From the human T2T-CHM13v2.0 reference genome, Homo sapiens, in assembly GCF_009914755.1 (NCBI RefSeq), contig NC_060925.1: DNA of 64,000 nt, one strand, 5' to 3'. A program made the translations under genes and the position numbers. Numbering within the stretch: the stretch's first letter is position 1; every line of letters starts with the position of its first letter. This document shows, piece by piece, positions 1 through 12,725 of the stretch. The notes beneath the pieces were generated by a model. The model was not told where the DNA came from. It saw only the letters and a list, made by a program, of their open reading frames with translations, and ran no database searches.

Positions 1-150
1 CACACATCACAAAGGAGTTTCTGAGAATCATTCTGTCTAGTTTCTATAGGAAGATATTTCCTATTCTACCTTTGACCTCAAAGCGGCTGAAATCTCCACT
101 TGCAAATTCCACAAAAAGAGTGTTTCAAGTCTGCTCTCTGTAAAGGATCG

Positions 151-169
151 TTCAACTCTGTGAGTTGAA
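151..169. repeat. Short inverted repeat TTCAACTC-TGT-GAGTTGAA (representative; recurs in most dimers)
   Basis: Perfect 8-bp arms around a 3-nt spacer. The partner monomer has GTTAAACTC-TGT-GAGTTGAAC (9-bp arms, 1 mismatch). Confidence 0.9.
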
Positions 170-226
170 TACACACAACACAAGGAAGTTACTGAGAATT
201 ATTCTGTCTAGCATAATATGAAGAAA

Positions 227-243
227 TCCCGTTTCCAACGAAG
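227..243 (-). promoter_or_regulatory. CENP-B box (first of ~188, one per dimer)
   Basis: TCCCGTTTCCAACGAAG on + reads CTTCGTTGGAAACGGGA on -, matching the 17-bp consensus YTTCGTTGGAARCGGGA. It recurs every ~340 bp. Confidence 0.98.
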
Positions 244-528
244 GCCTCAAAGAGGTCAGAATATCCACTTGCAGACTTTACAAACAGAGTGTTTCCTAAC
301 TGCTCTATGAAAAGAAAACTTAAACTCTGTGAGTTGAACGCACACATCACAAAGGAGTTTATGAGAATCATTCTGTCTAGTTTCTATAAGAAGATATTTC
401 CTATTCTACCATTGACCTCAAAGCGGCTGAAATCTCCACTTGCAAATTCCACAAAAAGAGTGTTTCAAGTCTGCTCTCTGTAAAGGATCGTTCAACTCTG
501 TGAGTTGAATACACAAAACAGAAGGAAG

Positions 529-1206
529 TTACTGAGAATTCTTCTGTCTAGCAGAATGTGAAGAAATCCCGTTTCCAACGAAGGCCACAAGATGTCAGAA
601 TATCCACTTGCAGACTTTACAAACAGAGTGTTTCCTAACTGCTCTATGAACAGAAAGGTTAAACTCTGTGAGTTGAACGAACACATCACAACGCAGTTTG
701 TGGGAATGATTCTGTCTAGTTTTGAAACGAAGATATTTCCTTTTCTGCCGTTGACCTTAAAGCGCTTGAAATCTACACTTGCAAATTGCACAAATAGAGT
801 GTTTCAAATCTGCTCTGTCTAAGGGAACGTTCAACTCTGTGAGTTGAATGCACACAACACAAGGAAGTTACTGGGAATTCTTCTGTCTAGCCTTACATGA
901 AAAAACCCGTTTCCAACGAAGGCCTCTAAGTGGTCAAAATATCCACGTGCAGACTTTACAAACAGAGTGTTTCCAAACCGCTGAATGAAAAGAAAAGTTA
1001 AACTCTGAGAGTTGAACGCACACATCACGCAGCAGTTTCTGAGAATGATTCTGTCTAGTTTTTATACGAAGATATTTCCTTTTCTGCCTTTGGCCCCAAA
1101 GCGCTTGAAATCTCCACTTGCAAATTCCACAAAAACAGTGTTTCAAATCTGCTCTCTCTAAATGAAAGTTCAACTCTGTCAGTTGAATACACACAACACA
1201 AGGAAG
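529..1206 (-). repeat. Divergent 4-monomer cassette (dimers A+B); first of 25 copies
   Basis: Diagnostic strings GGCCACAAGATGTC, ACGCAGTTTGTGGG, TTTTGAAACG and CTAAGGGAACG mark A; CCTTACATG, CTCTAAGTGG, AAACCGCTG, TTTGGCCCC and CTGTCAGTTG mark B. The 99-aa MQFAS pseudo-ORF tracks it at 492, 2531, 4570, 8306, 10006, 12726, 16126, 18166, 19866, 21905, 23945, 26664, 29044, 31760, 34480, 37200, 39920, 41958, 44338, 47737, 52158, 55557, 57596, 60315 and 62354. Confidence 0.95.
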
Positions 1207-4200
1207 TTACTGAGAATTCTTCTGTCTAGCATAATATGAAGAAATCCCGTTTCCAACGAAGGCCTCAAAGGGGTCTGAATATCCACTTGCAGACTTTATA
1301 AACAGAGTGTTTACTAACTGCTCTATGAAAAGAAAGGTTAAACTCTGTGAGTTGAACACACACATCACAAAGGAGTTTCTGAGAATCATTCTGTCTAGTT
1401 TTTCTACGAAGATATTTCCTTTTCTACTATTGACCTCAAAGCGGCTGAAATCTCCACTTGCAAATTCCACAAAAAGAGTGTTTCAAGTCTGCTCTGTGTA
1501 AAGGATCGTTCAACTCTGTGAGTTGAATACACACAACACAAGGAAGTTACTGAGAATTCTTCTGTCTAGCAGAATATGAAGAAATCCCGTTTCCAACGAA
1601 GGCCTCAAGGAGGTCTGAATATCCACTTGCAGACTTTACAAACAGAGTGTTTCCTAACTGCTCTATGAACAGAAAGGTTAAACTCTGTGAGTTGAACGCA
1701 CACATCACAAAGGAGTTTCTGAGAATCATTCTGTCTAGTCTTTATACGAAGATATTTACTTTTCTACCATTGACCTCAAAGCGGCTGAAATCTCCACTTG
1801 CAAATTCCACAAAAAGAGTGTTTCAAGTCTGCTCTGTGTAAAGGATCCTTCAACTCTGTGAGTTGAATACACACAACACAAGGAAGTTACTGAGAATTCT
1901 TCTGTCTAGCAGAATATGAAGAAATCCCGTTTCCAACGAAGGCCTCAAGGAGGTCTGAATATCCACTTGCAGACTTTACAAACAGAGTGTTTCCTAACTG
2001 CTCTATGAAAAGAAAGGTTAAACTCTGTGAGTTGGACGCACACATCACAAAGGAGTTTATGAGAATCATTCTGTCTAGTTTCTATAAGAAGATATTTCCT
2101 ATTCTACCATTGACCTCAAAGCGGCTGAAATCTCCACTTGCAAATTCGACAAAAAGAGTGTTTCAAGCCTGCTCTCTGTAAAGGATCCTTCAACTCTGTG
2201 AGTTGAATACACACAACACAAGGAAGTTACTGAGAATTCTTCTGTCTAGCAGAATATGAAGAAATCCCGTTTCCAACGAAGGCCTCAAAGAGGTCTGCAT
2301 ATCCACTTGCAGACTTTACAAACAGAGTGTTTCCTAACTGCTCTATGAGAAGAAAAGTTAAACTCTGTGAGTTGAACGCAAACATCAAAAAAGATTTTCT
2401 GAGAATCATTCTGTCTAGTCTTTATATGAAGATAGTTTCCTTTTCTACCATTGACCTCAAAGCGGCTGAAATCTCCACTTGCAAATTCCACAAAAAGAGT
2501 GTTTCAAGTCTGCTCTGTGTAAAGGATCGTTCAACTCTGTGAGTTGAATACACACAACACAAGGAAGTTACTGAGAATTCTTCTGTCTAGCAGAATATGA
2601 AGAAATCCCGTTTCCAACGAAGGCCACAAGATGTCAGAATATCCACTTACAGACTTTACAAACAGAGTGTTTCCTAACTGCTCTATGAACAGAAAGGTTA
2701 AACTCTGTGAGTTGAACGAACACATCACAACGCAGTTTGTGGGAATGATTCTGTCTAGTTTTGAAACGAAGATATTTCCTTTTCTGCCGTTGACCTTAAA
2801 GAGCTTGAAAACTACACTTGCAAATTGCACAAATAGAGTGTTTCAAATCTGCTCTGTCTAAGGGAACGTTCAACTCTGTGAGTTGAATGCACACAACACA
2901 AGGAAGTTACTGGGAATTCTTCTGTCTAGCCTTACATGAAAAAAACCCGTTTCCAACGAAGGCCTCTAAGTGGTCAAAATTTCCACGTGCAGACTTTACA
3001 AACAGAGTGTTTCCAAACCGCTGAATGAAAAGAAAAGTTAAACTCTGAGAGTTGAAAGCACACATCACGCAGCAGTTTCTGAGAATGATTCTGTCTAGTT
3101 TTTATACGAAGATATTTCCTTTTCTGCCTTTGGCCCCAAAGCGCTTGAAATCTCCACTTGCAAATTCCACAAAAACAGTGTTTCAAATCTGCTCTCTCTA
3201 AATGAAAGTTCAACTCTGTCAGTTGAATACACACAACACAAGGAAGTTACTGAGAATTCTTCTGTCTAGCATAATATGAAGAAATCCCGTTTCCAACGAA
3301 GGCCTCAAAGGGGTCTGAATATCCACTTGCAGACTTTATAAACAGAGTGTTTACTAACTGCTCTATGAAAAGAAAGGTTAAACTCTGTGAGTTGAACACA
3401 CACATCACAAAGGAGTTTCTGAGAATCATTCTGTCTAGTTTTTCTACGAAGATATTTCCTTTTCTACTATTGACCTCAAAGCGGCTGAAATCTCCACTTG
3501 CAAATTCCACAAAAAGAGTGTTTCAAGTCTGCTCTGTGTAAAGGATCGTTCAACTCTGTGAGTTGAATACACACAACACAAGGAAGTTACTGAGAATTCT
3601 TCTGTCTAGCAGAATATGAAGAAATCCCGTTTCCAACGAAGGCCTCAAAGAGGTCTGAATATCCACTTGCAGACTTTACAAACAGAGTGTTTCCTAACTG
3701 CTCTATGAACAGAAAGGTTAAACTCTGTGAGTTGAACGCACACATCACAAAGGAGTTTCTGAGAATCATTCTGTCTAGTCTTTATACGAAGATATTTACT
3801 TTTCTACCATTGACCTCAAAGCGGCTGAAATCTCCACTTGCAAATTCCACAAAAAGAGTGTTTCAAGTCTGCTCTGTGTAAAGGATCCTTCAACTCTGTG
3901 AGTTGAATACACACAACACAAGGAAGTTACTGAGAATTCTTCTGTCTAGCAGAATATGAAGAAATCCCGTTTCCAACGAAGGCCTCAAAGACGTCTGAAT
4001 ATCCACTTGCAGACTTTACAAACAGAGTGTTTCCTAACTGCTCTATGAAAAGAAAGGTTAAACTCTGTGAGTTGGACGCACACATCACAAAGGAGTTTCT
4101 GAGAATCATTCTGTCTAGTTTCTATAGGAAGATATTTCCTATTCTACCTTTGACCTCAAAACGGCTGAAATCTCCACTTGCAAATTCCACAAAAAGAGTG

Positions 4201-6173
4201 TTTCAAGTCTGCTCTCTGTAAAGGATCGTTCAACTCTGTGAGTTGAATACACACAACACAAGGAAGTTACAGAGAATTATTCTGTCTAGCATAATATGAA
4301 GAAATCCCGTTTCCAACGAAGGCCTCAAAGAGGTCTGAATATCCACTTGCAGACTTTACAAACAGAGTGTTTCCTAACTGCTCTATGAAAAGAAAACTTA
4401 AACTCTGTGAGTTGAACGCACACATCACAAAGGAGTTTATGAGAATCATTCTGTCTAGTTTCTATAAGAAGATATTTCCTATTCTACCATTGACCTCAAA
4501 GCGGCTGAAATCTCCACTTGCAAATTCCACAAAAAGAGTGTTTCAAGTCTGCTCTCTGTAAAGGATCGTTCAACTCTGTGAGTTGAATACACACAACAGA
4601 AGGAAGTTACTGAGAATTCTTCTGTCTAGCAGAATGTGAAGAAATCCCGTTTCCAACGAAGGCCACAAGATGTCAGAATATCCACTTGCAGACTTTACAA
4701 ACAGAGTGTTTCCTAACTGCTCTATGAACAGAAAGGTTAAACTCTGTGAGTTGAACGTACACATCACAACGCAGTTTGTGGGAATGATTCTGTCTAGTTT
4801 TGAAACGAAGATATTTCCTTTTCTGCCGTTGACCTTAAAGCGCTTGAAATCTACACTTGCAAATTGCACAAATAGAGTGTTTCAAATCTGCTCTGTCTAA
4901 GGGAACGTTCAACTCTGTGAGTTGAATGCACACAACACAAGGAAGTTACTGGGAATTCTTCTGTCTAGCCTTACATGAAAAAACCCGTTTCCAACGAAGG
5001 CCTCTAAGTGGTCAAAATATCCACGTGCAGACTTCACAAACAGAGTGTTTCCAAACCGCTGAATGAAAAGAAAAGTTAAACTCTGAGAGTTGAACGCACA
5101 CATCACGCAGCAGTTTCTGAGAATGATTCTGTCTAGTTTTTATACGAAGATATTTCCTTTTCTGCCTTTGGCCCCAAAGCGCTTGAAATCTCCACTTGCA
5201 AATTCCACAAAAACAGTGTTTCAAATCTGCTCTCTCTAAATGAAAGTTCAACTCTGTCAGTTGAATACACACAACACAAGGAAGTTACTGAGAATTCTTC
5301 TGTCTAGCATAATATGAAGAAATCCCGTTTCCAACGAAGGCCTCAAAGGGGTCTGAATATCCACTTGCAGACTTTATAAACAGAGTGTTTACTAACTGCT
5401 CTATGAAAAGAAAGGTTAAACTCTGTGAGTTGAACACACACATCACAAAGGAGTTTCTGAGAATCATTCTGTCTAGTTTTTCTACGAAGATATTTCCTTT
5501 TCTACTATTGACCTCAAAGCGGCTGAAATCTCCACTTGCAAATTCCACAAAAAGAGTGTTTCAAGTCTGCTCTGTGTAAAGGATCGTTCAACTCTGTGAT
5601 TTGAATACACACAACACAAGGAAGTTACTGAGAATTCTTCTGTCTAGCAGAATATGAAGAAATCCCGTTTCCAACGAAGGCCTCAAAGAGGTCTGAATAT
5701 CCACTTGCAGACTTTACAAACAGAGTGTTTCCTAACTGCTCTATGAAAAGAAAGGTTAAACTCTGTGAGTTGAACGCACACATCACAAAGGAGTTTCTGA
5801 GAATCGTTCTGTCTAGTTTCTATAGAAAGATATTTCCTATTCTACCATTGACCTCAAAGCGGCTGAAATCTCCACTTGCAAATTCCACAAAAAGAATGTT
5901 TCAAGTCTGCTCTGTGTAAAGGATCGTTCAACTCTGTGAGTTGACTACACACAACACAAGGAAGTTACTGAGAATTCTTCTGTCTAGCATAATATGAAGA
6001 AATCCCGTTTCCAACGAAGGCCTCAAAGAGGTCTGAATATCCACTTGCAGACTTTACAAACAGAGTGTTTCCTAACTGCTCTATGAAAAGAAAAGTTAAA
6101 CTCTGTGAGTTGAACGCACACATCACAAAGGAGTTTCTGAGAATCATTCTGTCTAGTCTTTATACGAAGATAT

Positions 6174-6190
6174 TTCCTTTTCTACCATTG
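6174..6190 (-). promoter_or_regulatory. A-type monomer box (pJ-alpha-like) at the position equivalent to the CENP-B box; representative copy
   Basis: TTCCTTTTCTACCATTG on + reads CAATGGTAGAAAAGGAA on -, about half a dimer away from the CENP-B boxes. This is the A/B monomer alternation typical of SF1. Confidence 0.65.
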
Positions 6191-9100
6191 ACCTCAAAGC
6201 GGCTGAAATCTCCACTTGCAAATTCCACAAAAAGAGTGTTTCAAGTCTGCTCTGTGTAAAGGATCGTTCAACTCTGTGAGTTGAATACACACAACACAAG
6301 GAAGTTACTGAGAATTCTTCTGTCTAGCAGAATATGAAGAAATCCCGTTTCCAACGAAGGCCTCAAGGAGGTCTGAATATCCACTTGCAGACTTTACAAA
6401 CAGAGTGTTTACTAACTGCTCTATGAAAAGAAACGTTAAACTCTGTGAGTTGAACACACACATCACAAAGGAGTTTCTGAGAATCATTCTGTCTAGTTTT
6501 TCTACGAAGATATTTCCTTTTCTACTATTGACCTCAAAGCGGCTGAAATCTCCACTTGCAAATTCCACAAAAAGAGTGTTTCAAGTCTGCTCTGTGTAAA
6601 GGATCGTTCAACTCTGTGAGTTGAATACACACAACACAAGGAAGTTACTGAGAATTCTTCTGTCTAGCAGAATTTGCAGAAACCCCGTTTCCAACGAAGG
6701 CCTCAAGGAGGTCTGAATATCCACTTGCAGACTTTACAAACAGAGTGTTTCTTAACTGCTCTATGAAAAGAAAGGTTAAACTCTGTGAGTTGGACGCACA
6801 CATCACAAAGGAGTTTATGAGAATCATTCTGTCTAGTTTCTATAAGAAGATATTTCCTATTCTACCATTGACCTCAAAGCGGCTGAAATCTCCACTTGCA
6901 AATTCCACAAAAAGAGTGTTTCAAGTCTGCTCTGTGTAAAGGATCGTTCAACTCTGTGAGTTGAATACACACAACACAAGGAAGTTACTGAGAATTCTTC
7001 TGTCTAGCATAATATGAAGAAATCCCGTTTCCAACGAAGGCCTCAAAGGGGTCTGAATATCCACTTGCAGACTTTATAAACAGAGTGTTTACTAACTGCT
7101 CTATGAAAAGAAAGGTTAAACTCTGTGAGTTGAACACACACATCACAAAGGAGTTTCTGAGAATCATTCTGTCTAGTTTTTCTACGAAGATATTTCCTTT
7201 TCTACTATTGACCTCAAAGCGGCTGAAATCTCCACTTGCAAATTCCACAAAAAGAGTGTTTCAAGTCTGCTCTGTGTAAAGGATCGTTCAACTCTGTGAG
7301 TTGAATACACACAACACAAGGAAGTTACTGAGAATTCTTCTGTCTAGCAGAATAGGAAGAAATCCCGTTTCCAACGAAGGCCTCAAAGAGGTCTGAATAT
7401 CCACTTGCAGACTTTACAAACAGTGTTTCCTAACTGCTCTATGAAAAGAAAAGTTAAACTCTGTGGGTTGAACGCACACATCACAAAGGAGTTTCTGAGA
7501 ATCGTTCTGTCTAGTTTCTATAGGAAGATATTTCCTATTCTACCATTGACCTCAAAGCGGCTGAAATCTCCACTTGCAAATTCCACAAAAAGAATGTTTC
7601 AAGTCTGCTCTGTGTAAAGGATCGTTCAACTCTGTGAGTTGAATACACACAACACAAGGAAGTTACTGAGAATTCTTCTGTCTAGCATAATATGAAGAAA
7701 TCCCGTTTCCAACGAAGGCCTCAAAGAGGTCTGAATATCCACTTGCAGACTTTACAAACAGAGTGTTTCCTAACTGCTCTATGAAAAGAAAAGTTAAACT
7801 CTGTGAGTTGAACGCACACATCACAAAGGAGTTTCTGAGAATCATTCTGTCTAGTCTTTATACGAAGATATTTCCTTTTCTACCATTGACCTCAAAGCGG
7901 CTGAAATCTCCACTTGCAAATTCCACAAAAAGAGTGTTTCAAGTCTGCTCTGTGTAAAGGATCGTTCAACTCTGTGAGTAGAATACACACAACACAAGGA
8001 AGTTACTGAGAATTCTTCTGTCTAGCAGAATATGAAGAAATCCCGTTTCCAACGAAGGCCTCAAGGAGGTCTGAATATCCACTTGCAGACTTTACAAACA
8101 GAGTGTTTCCTAACTGCTCTATGAACAGAAAGGTTAAACTCTGTGAGTTGAACGCACACATCACAAAGGAGTTTCTGAGAATCATTCTGTCTAGTCTTTA
8201 TACGAAGATATTTACTTTTCTACCATTGACTTCAAAGCGGCTGAAATCTCCACTTGCAAATTCCACAAAAAGAGTGTTTCAAGTCTGCTCTGTGTAAAGG
8301 ATCATTCAACTCTGTGAGTTGAATAAACACAACACAAGGAAGTTACTGAGAATTCTTCTGTCTAGCAGAATATGAAGAAATCCCGTTTCCAACGAAGGCC
8401 ACAAGATGTCAGAATATCCACTTGCAGACTTTACAAACAGAGTGTTTCCTAACTGCTCTATGAACAGAAAGGTTAAACTCTGTGAGTTGAACGAACACAT
8501 CACAACGCAGTTTGTGGGAATGATTCTGTCTAGTTTTGAAACGAAGAAATTTCCTTTTCTGCCATTGACCTTAAAGCGCTTGAAATCTACACTTGCAAAT
8601 TGCACAAATAGAGTGTTTCAAATCTGCTCTGTCTAAGGGAACGTTCAACTCTGTGAGTTGAATGCACACAACACAAGGAAGTTACTGGGAATTCTTCTGT
8701 CTAGCCTTACATGAAGAAAACCCGTTTCCAACGAAGGCCTCTAAGAGGTCAAAATATCCACGTGCAGACTTTACAAAGAGAGTGTTTCCAAACCGCTGAA
8801 TGAAAAGAAAAGTTAAACTCTGAGAGTTGAACGCAGACATCACGCAGCAGTTTCTGAGAATGATTCTGTCTAGTTTTTATACGAAGATATTTCCTTTTCT
8901 GCCTTTGGCCCCAAAGCGCTTGAAATCTCCACTTGCAAATTCCACAAAAACAGTGTTTCAAATCTGCTCTCTCTAAATGAAAGTTCAACTCTGTCAGTTG
9001 AATACACACAACACAAGGAAGTTACTGAGAATTCTTCTGTCTAGCATAATATGAAGAAATCCCGTTTCCAACGAAGGCCTCAAAGGGGTCTGAATATCCA

Positions 9101-10005
9101 CTTGCAGACTTTATAAACAGAGTGTTTACTAACTGCTCTATGAAAAGAAAGGTTAAACTCTGTGAGTTGAACACACACATCACAAAGGAGTTTCTGAGAA
9201 TCATTCTGTCTAGTTTTTCTACGAAGATATTTCCTTTTCTACTATTGACCTCAACGCGGCTGAAATCTCCACTTGCAAATTCCACAAAAAGAGTGTCTCA
9301 AGTCTGCTCTGTGTAAAGGATCGTTCAACTCTGTGAGTTGAATACACACAACACAAGGAAGTTACTGAGAATTCTTCTGTCTAGCAGAATATGAAGAAAT
9401 CCCGTTTCCAACGAAGGCCTCAAGGAGGTCTGAATATCCACTTGCAGACTTTACAAACAGAGTGTTTCCTAACTGCTCTATGAACAGAAAGGTTAAACTC
9501 TGTGAGTTGAACGCACACATCACAAAGGAGTTTCTGAGAATCATTCTGTCTAGTCTTTATACGAAGATATTTACTTTTCTACCATTGACCTCAAAGCAGC
9601 TGAAATCTCCACTTGCAAATTCCACAAAAAGAGTGTTTCAAGTCTGCTCTGTGTAAAGGATCCTTCAACTCTGTGAGTTGAATACACACAACACAAGGAA
9701 GTTACTGAGAATTCTTCTGTCTAGCAGAATATGAAGAAATCCCGTTTCCAACGAAGGCCTCAAAGAGGTCTGCATATCCACTTGCAGACTTTACAAACAG
9801 AGTGTTTCCTAACTGCTCTATGAGAAGAAAAGTTAAACTCTGTGAGTTGAACGCACACATCACAAAAGATTTTCTGAGAATCATTCTGTCTAGTCTTTAT
9901 ATGAAGATAGTTTCCTTTTCTACCATTGACCTCAAAGCGGCTGAAATCTCCACTTGCAAATTCCACAAAAAGAGTGTTTCAAGTCTGCTCTGTGTAAAGG
10001 ATCGT

Positions 10006-12725
10006 TCAACTCTGTGAGTTGAATACACACAACACAAGGAAGTTACTGAGAATTCTTCTGTCTAGCAGAATATGAAGAAATCCCGTTTCCAACGAAGGCC
10101 ACAAGATGTCAGAATATCCACTTACAGACTTTACAAACAGAGTGTTTCCTAACTGCTCTATGAACAGAAAGGTTAAACTCTGTGAGTTGAACGAACACAT
10201 CACAACGCAGTTTGTGGGAATGATTCTGTCTAGTTTTGAAACGAAGATATTTCCTTTTCTGCCGTTGACCTTAAAGAGCTTGAAAACTACACTTGCAAAT
10301 TGCACAAATAGAGTGTTTCAAATCTGCTCTGTCTAAGGGAACGTTCAACTCTGTGAGTTGAATGCACACAACACAAGGAAGTTACTGGGAATTCTTCTGT
10401 CTAGCCTTACATGAAAAAAACCCGTTTCCAACGAAGGCCTCTAAGTGGTCAAAATTTCCACGTGCAGACTTTACAAACAGAGTGTTTCCAAACCGCTGAA
10501 TGAAAAGAAAAGTTAAACTCTGAGAGTTGAACGCACACATCACGCAGCAGTTTCTGAGAATGATTCTGTCTAGTTTTTATACGAAGATATTTCCTTTTCT
10601 GCCTTTGGCCCCAAAGCGCTTGAAATCTCCACTTGCAAATTCCACAAAAACAGTGTTTCAAATCTGCTCTCTCTAAATGAAAGTTCAACTCTGTCAGTTG
10701 AATACACACAACACAAGGAAGTTACTGAGAATTCTTCTGTCTAGCATAATATGAAGAAATCCCGTTTCCAACGAAGGCCTCAAAGGGGTCTGAATATCCA
10801 CTTGCAGACTTTATAAACAGAGTATTTACTAACTGCTCTATGAAAAGAAAGGTTAAACTCTGTGAGTTGAACACACACATCACAAAGGAGTTTCTGAGAA
10901 TCATTCTGTCTAGTTTTTCTACGAAGATATTTCCTTTTCTACTATTGACCTCAAAGCGGCTGAAATCTCCACTTGCAAATTCCACAAAAAGAGTGTTTCA
11001 AGTCTGCTCTGTGTAAAGGATCGTTCAACTCTGTGAGTTGAATACACACAACACAAGGAAGTTACTGAGAATTCTTCTGTCTAGCAGAATAGGAAGAAAT
11101 CCCGTTTCCAACGAAGGCCTCAAAGAGGTCTGAATATCCACTTGCAGACATTACAAACAGAGTGTTTCCTAACTGCTCTATGAAAAGAAAGGTTAAACTC
11201 TGTGAGTTGAACGCACACATCACAAAGGAGTTTCTGAGAATCGTTCTGTCTAGTTTCTATAGGAAGATATTTCCTATTCTACCATTGACCACAAAGCGGC
11301 TGAAATCTCCACTTGCAAATTCCACAAAAAGAATGTTTCAAGTCTGCTCTGTGTAAAGGATCCTTCAACTCTGTGAGTTGAATACACACAACACAAGGAA
11401 GTTACTGAGAATTCTTCTGTCTAGCATAATATGAAGAAATCCCGTTTCCAACGAAGGCCTCAAAGAGGTCTGAATATCCACTTGCAGACTTTACAAACAG
11501 AGTGTTTCCTAACTGCTCTATGAAAAGAAAAGTTAAACTCTTTGAGTTGAACGCACACATTACAAAGGAGTTTCTGAGAATCATTCTGTCTAGTCTTTAT
11601 ACGAAGATATTTCCTTTTCTACCATTGACCTCAAAGCGGCTGAAATCTCCACTTGCAAATTCCACAAAAAGAGTGTTTCAAGTCTGCTCTGTGTAAAGGA
11701 TCGTTCAACTCTGTGAGTTGAATACACACAACACAAGGAAGTTACTGAGAATTCTTCTGTCTAGCAGAATATGAAGAAATCCCGTTTCCAACGAAGGCCT
11801 CAAGGAGGTCTGAATATCCACTTGCAGACTTTACAAACAGAGTGTTTCCTAACTGCTCTATGAACAGAAAGGTTAAACTCTGTGAGTTGAACGCACACAT
11901 CACAAAGGAGTTTCTGAGAATCATTCTGTCTAGTCTTTATACGAAGATATTTACTTTTCTACCATTGACCTCAAAGCGGCTGAAATCTCCACTTGCAAAT
12001 TCCACAAAAAGAGTGTTTCAAGTCTGCTCTGTGTAAAGGATCATTCAACTCTGTGAGTTGAATAAACACAACACAAGGAAGTTACTGAGAATTCTTCTGT
12101 CTAGCAGAATATGAAGAAATCCCGTTTCCAACGAAGGCCTCAAGGAGGTCTGAATATCCACTTGCAGACTTTACAAACAGAGTGTTTCCTAACTGCTCTA
12201 TGAAAAGAAAGGTTAAACTCTGTGAGTTGAACGCACACATCACAAAGGAGTTCATGAGAATCATTTTGTCTAGGTTCTATAAGAAGATATTTCCTATTCT
12301 ACCATTGACCTCAAAGCGGCTGAAATCTCCACTTGCAAATTCGACAAAAAGAGTGTTTCAAGCCTGCTCTCTGTAAAGGATCCTTCAACTCTGTGAGTTG
12401 AATACACACAACACAAGGAAGTTACTGAGAATTCTTCTGTCTAGCATAATATGAAGAAATCCCGTTTCCAACGAAGGCCTCAAAGAGGTCTGAATATCCA
12501 CTTGCACACTTTACAAACAGAGTGTTTCCTAACTGCTCTATGAGAAGAAAAGTTAAACTCTGTGAGTTGAACGCACACATCACAAAAGATTTTCTGAGAA
12601 TCATTCTGTCTAGTCTTTATATGAAGATAGTTTCCTTTTCTACCATTGACCTCAAAGCGGCTGAAATCTCCACTTGCAAATTCCACAAAAAGAGTGTTTC
12701 AAGTCTGCTCTGTGTAAAGGATCGT
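10006..12725 (-). repeat. Complete 16-monomer unit (dimers A-B-C-D-E-F-G-H), 2720 bp
   Basis: Cassette-to-cassette spacing is 2720 bp, with six distinguishable dimers in order C-H. Confidence 0.9.

Noticed and set aside
151-169. Hairpin interpreted as a terminator or ncRNA
   Set aside because: It is an intrinsic alphoid motif with no transcription unit or U-tract context.
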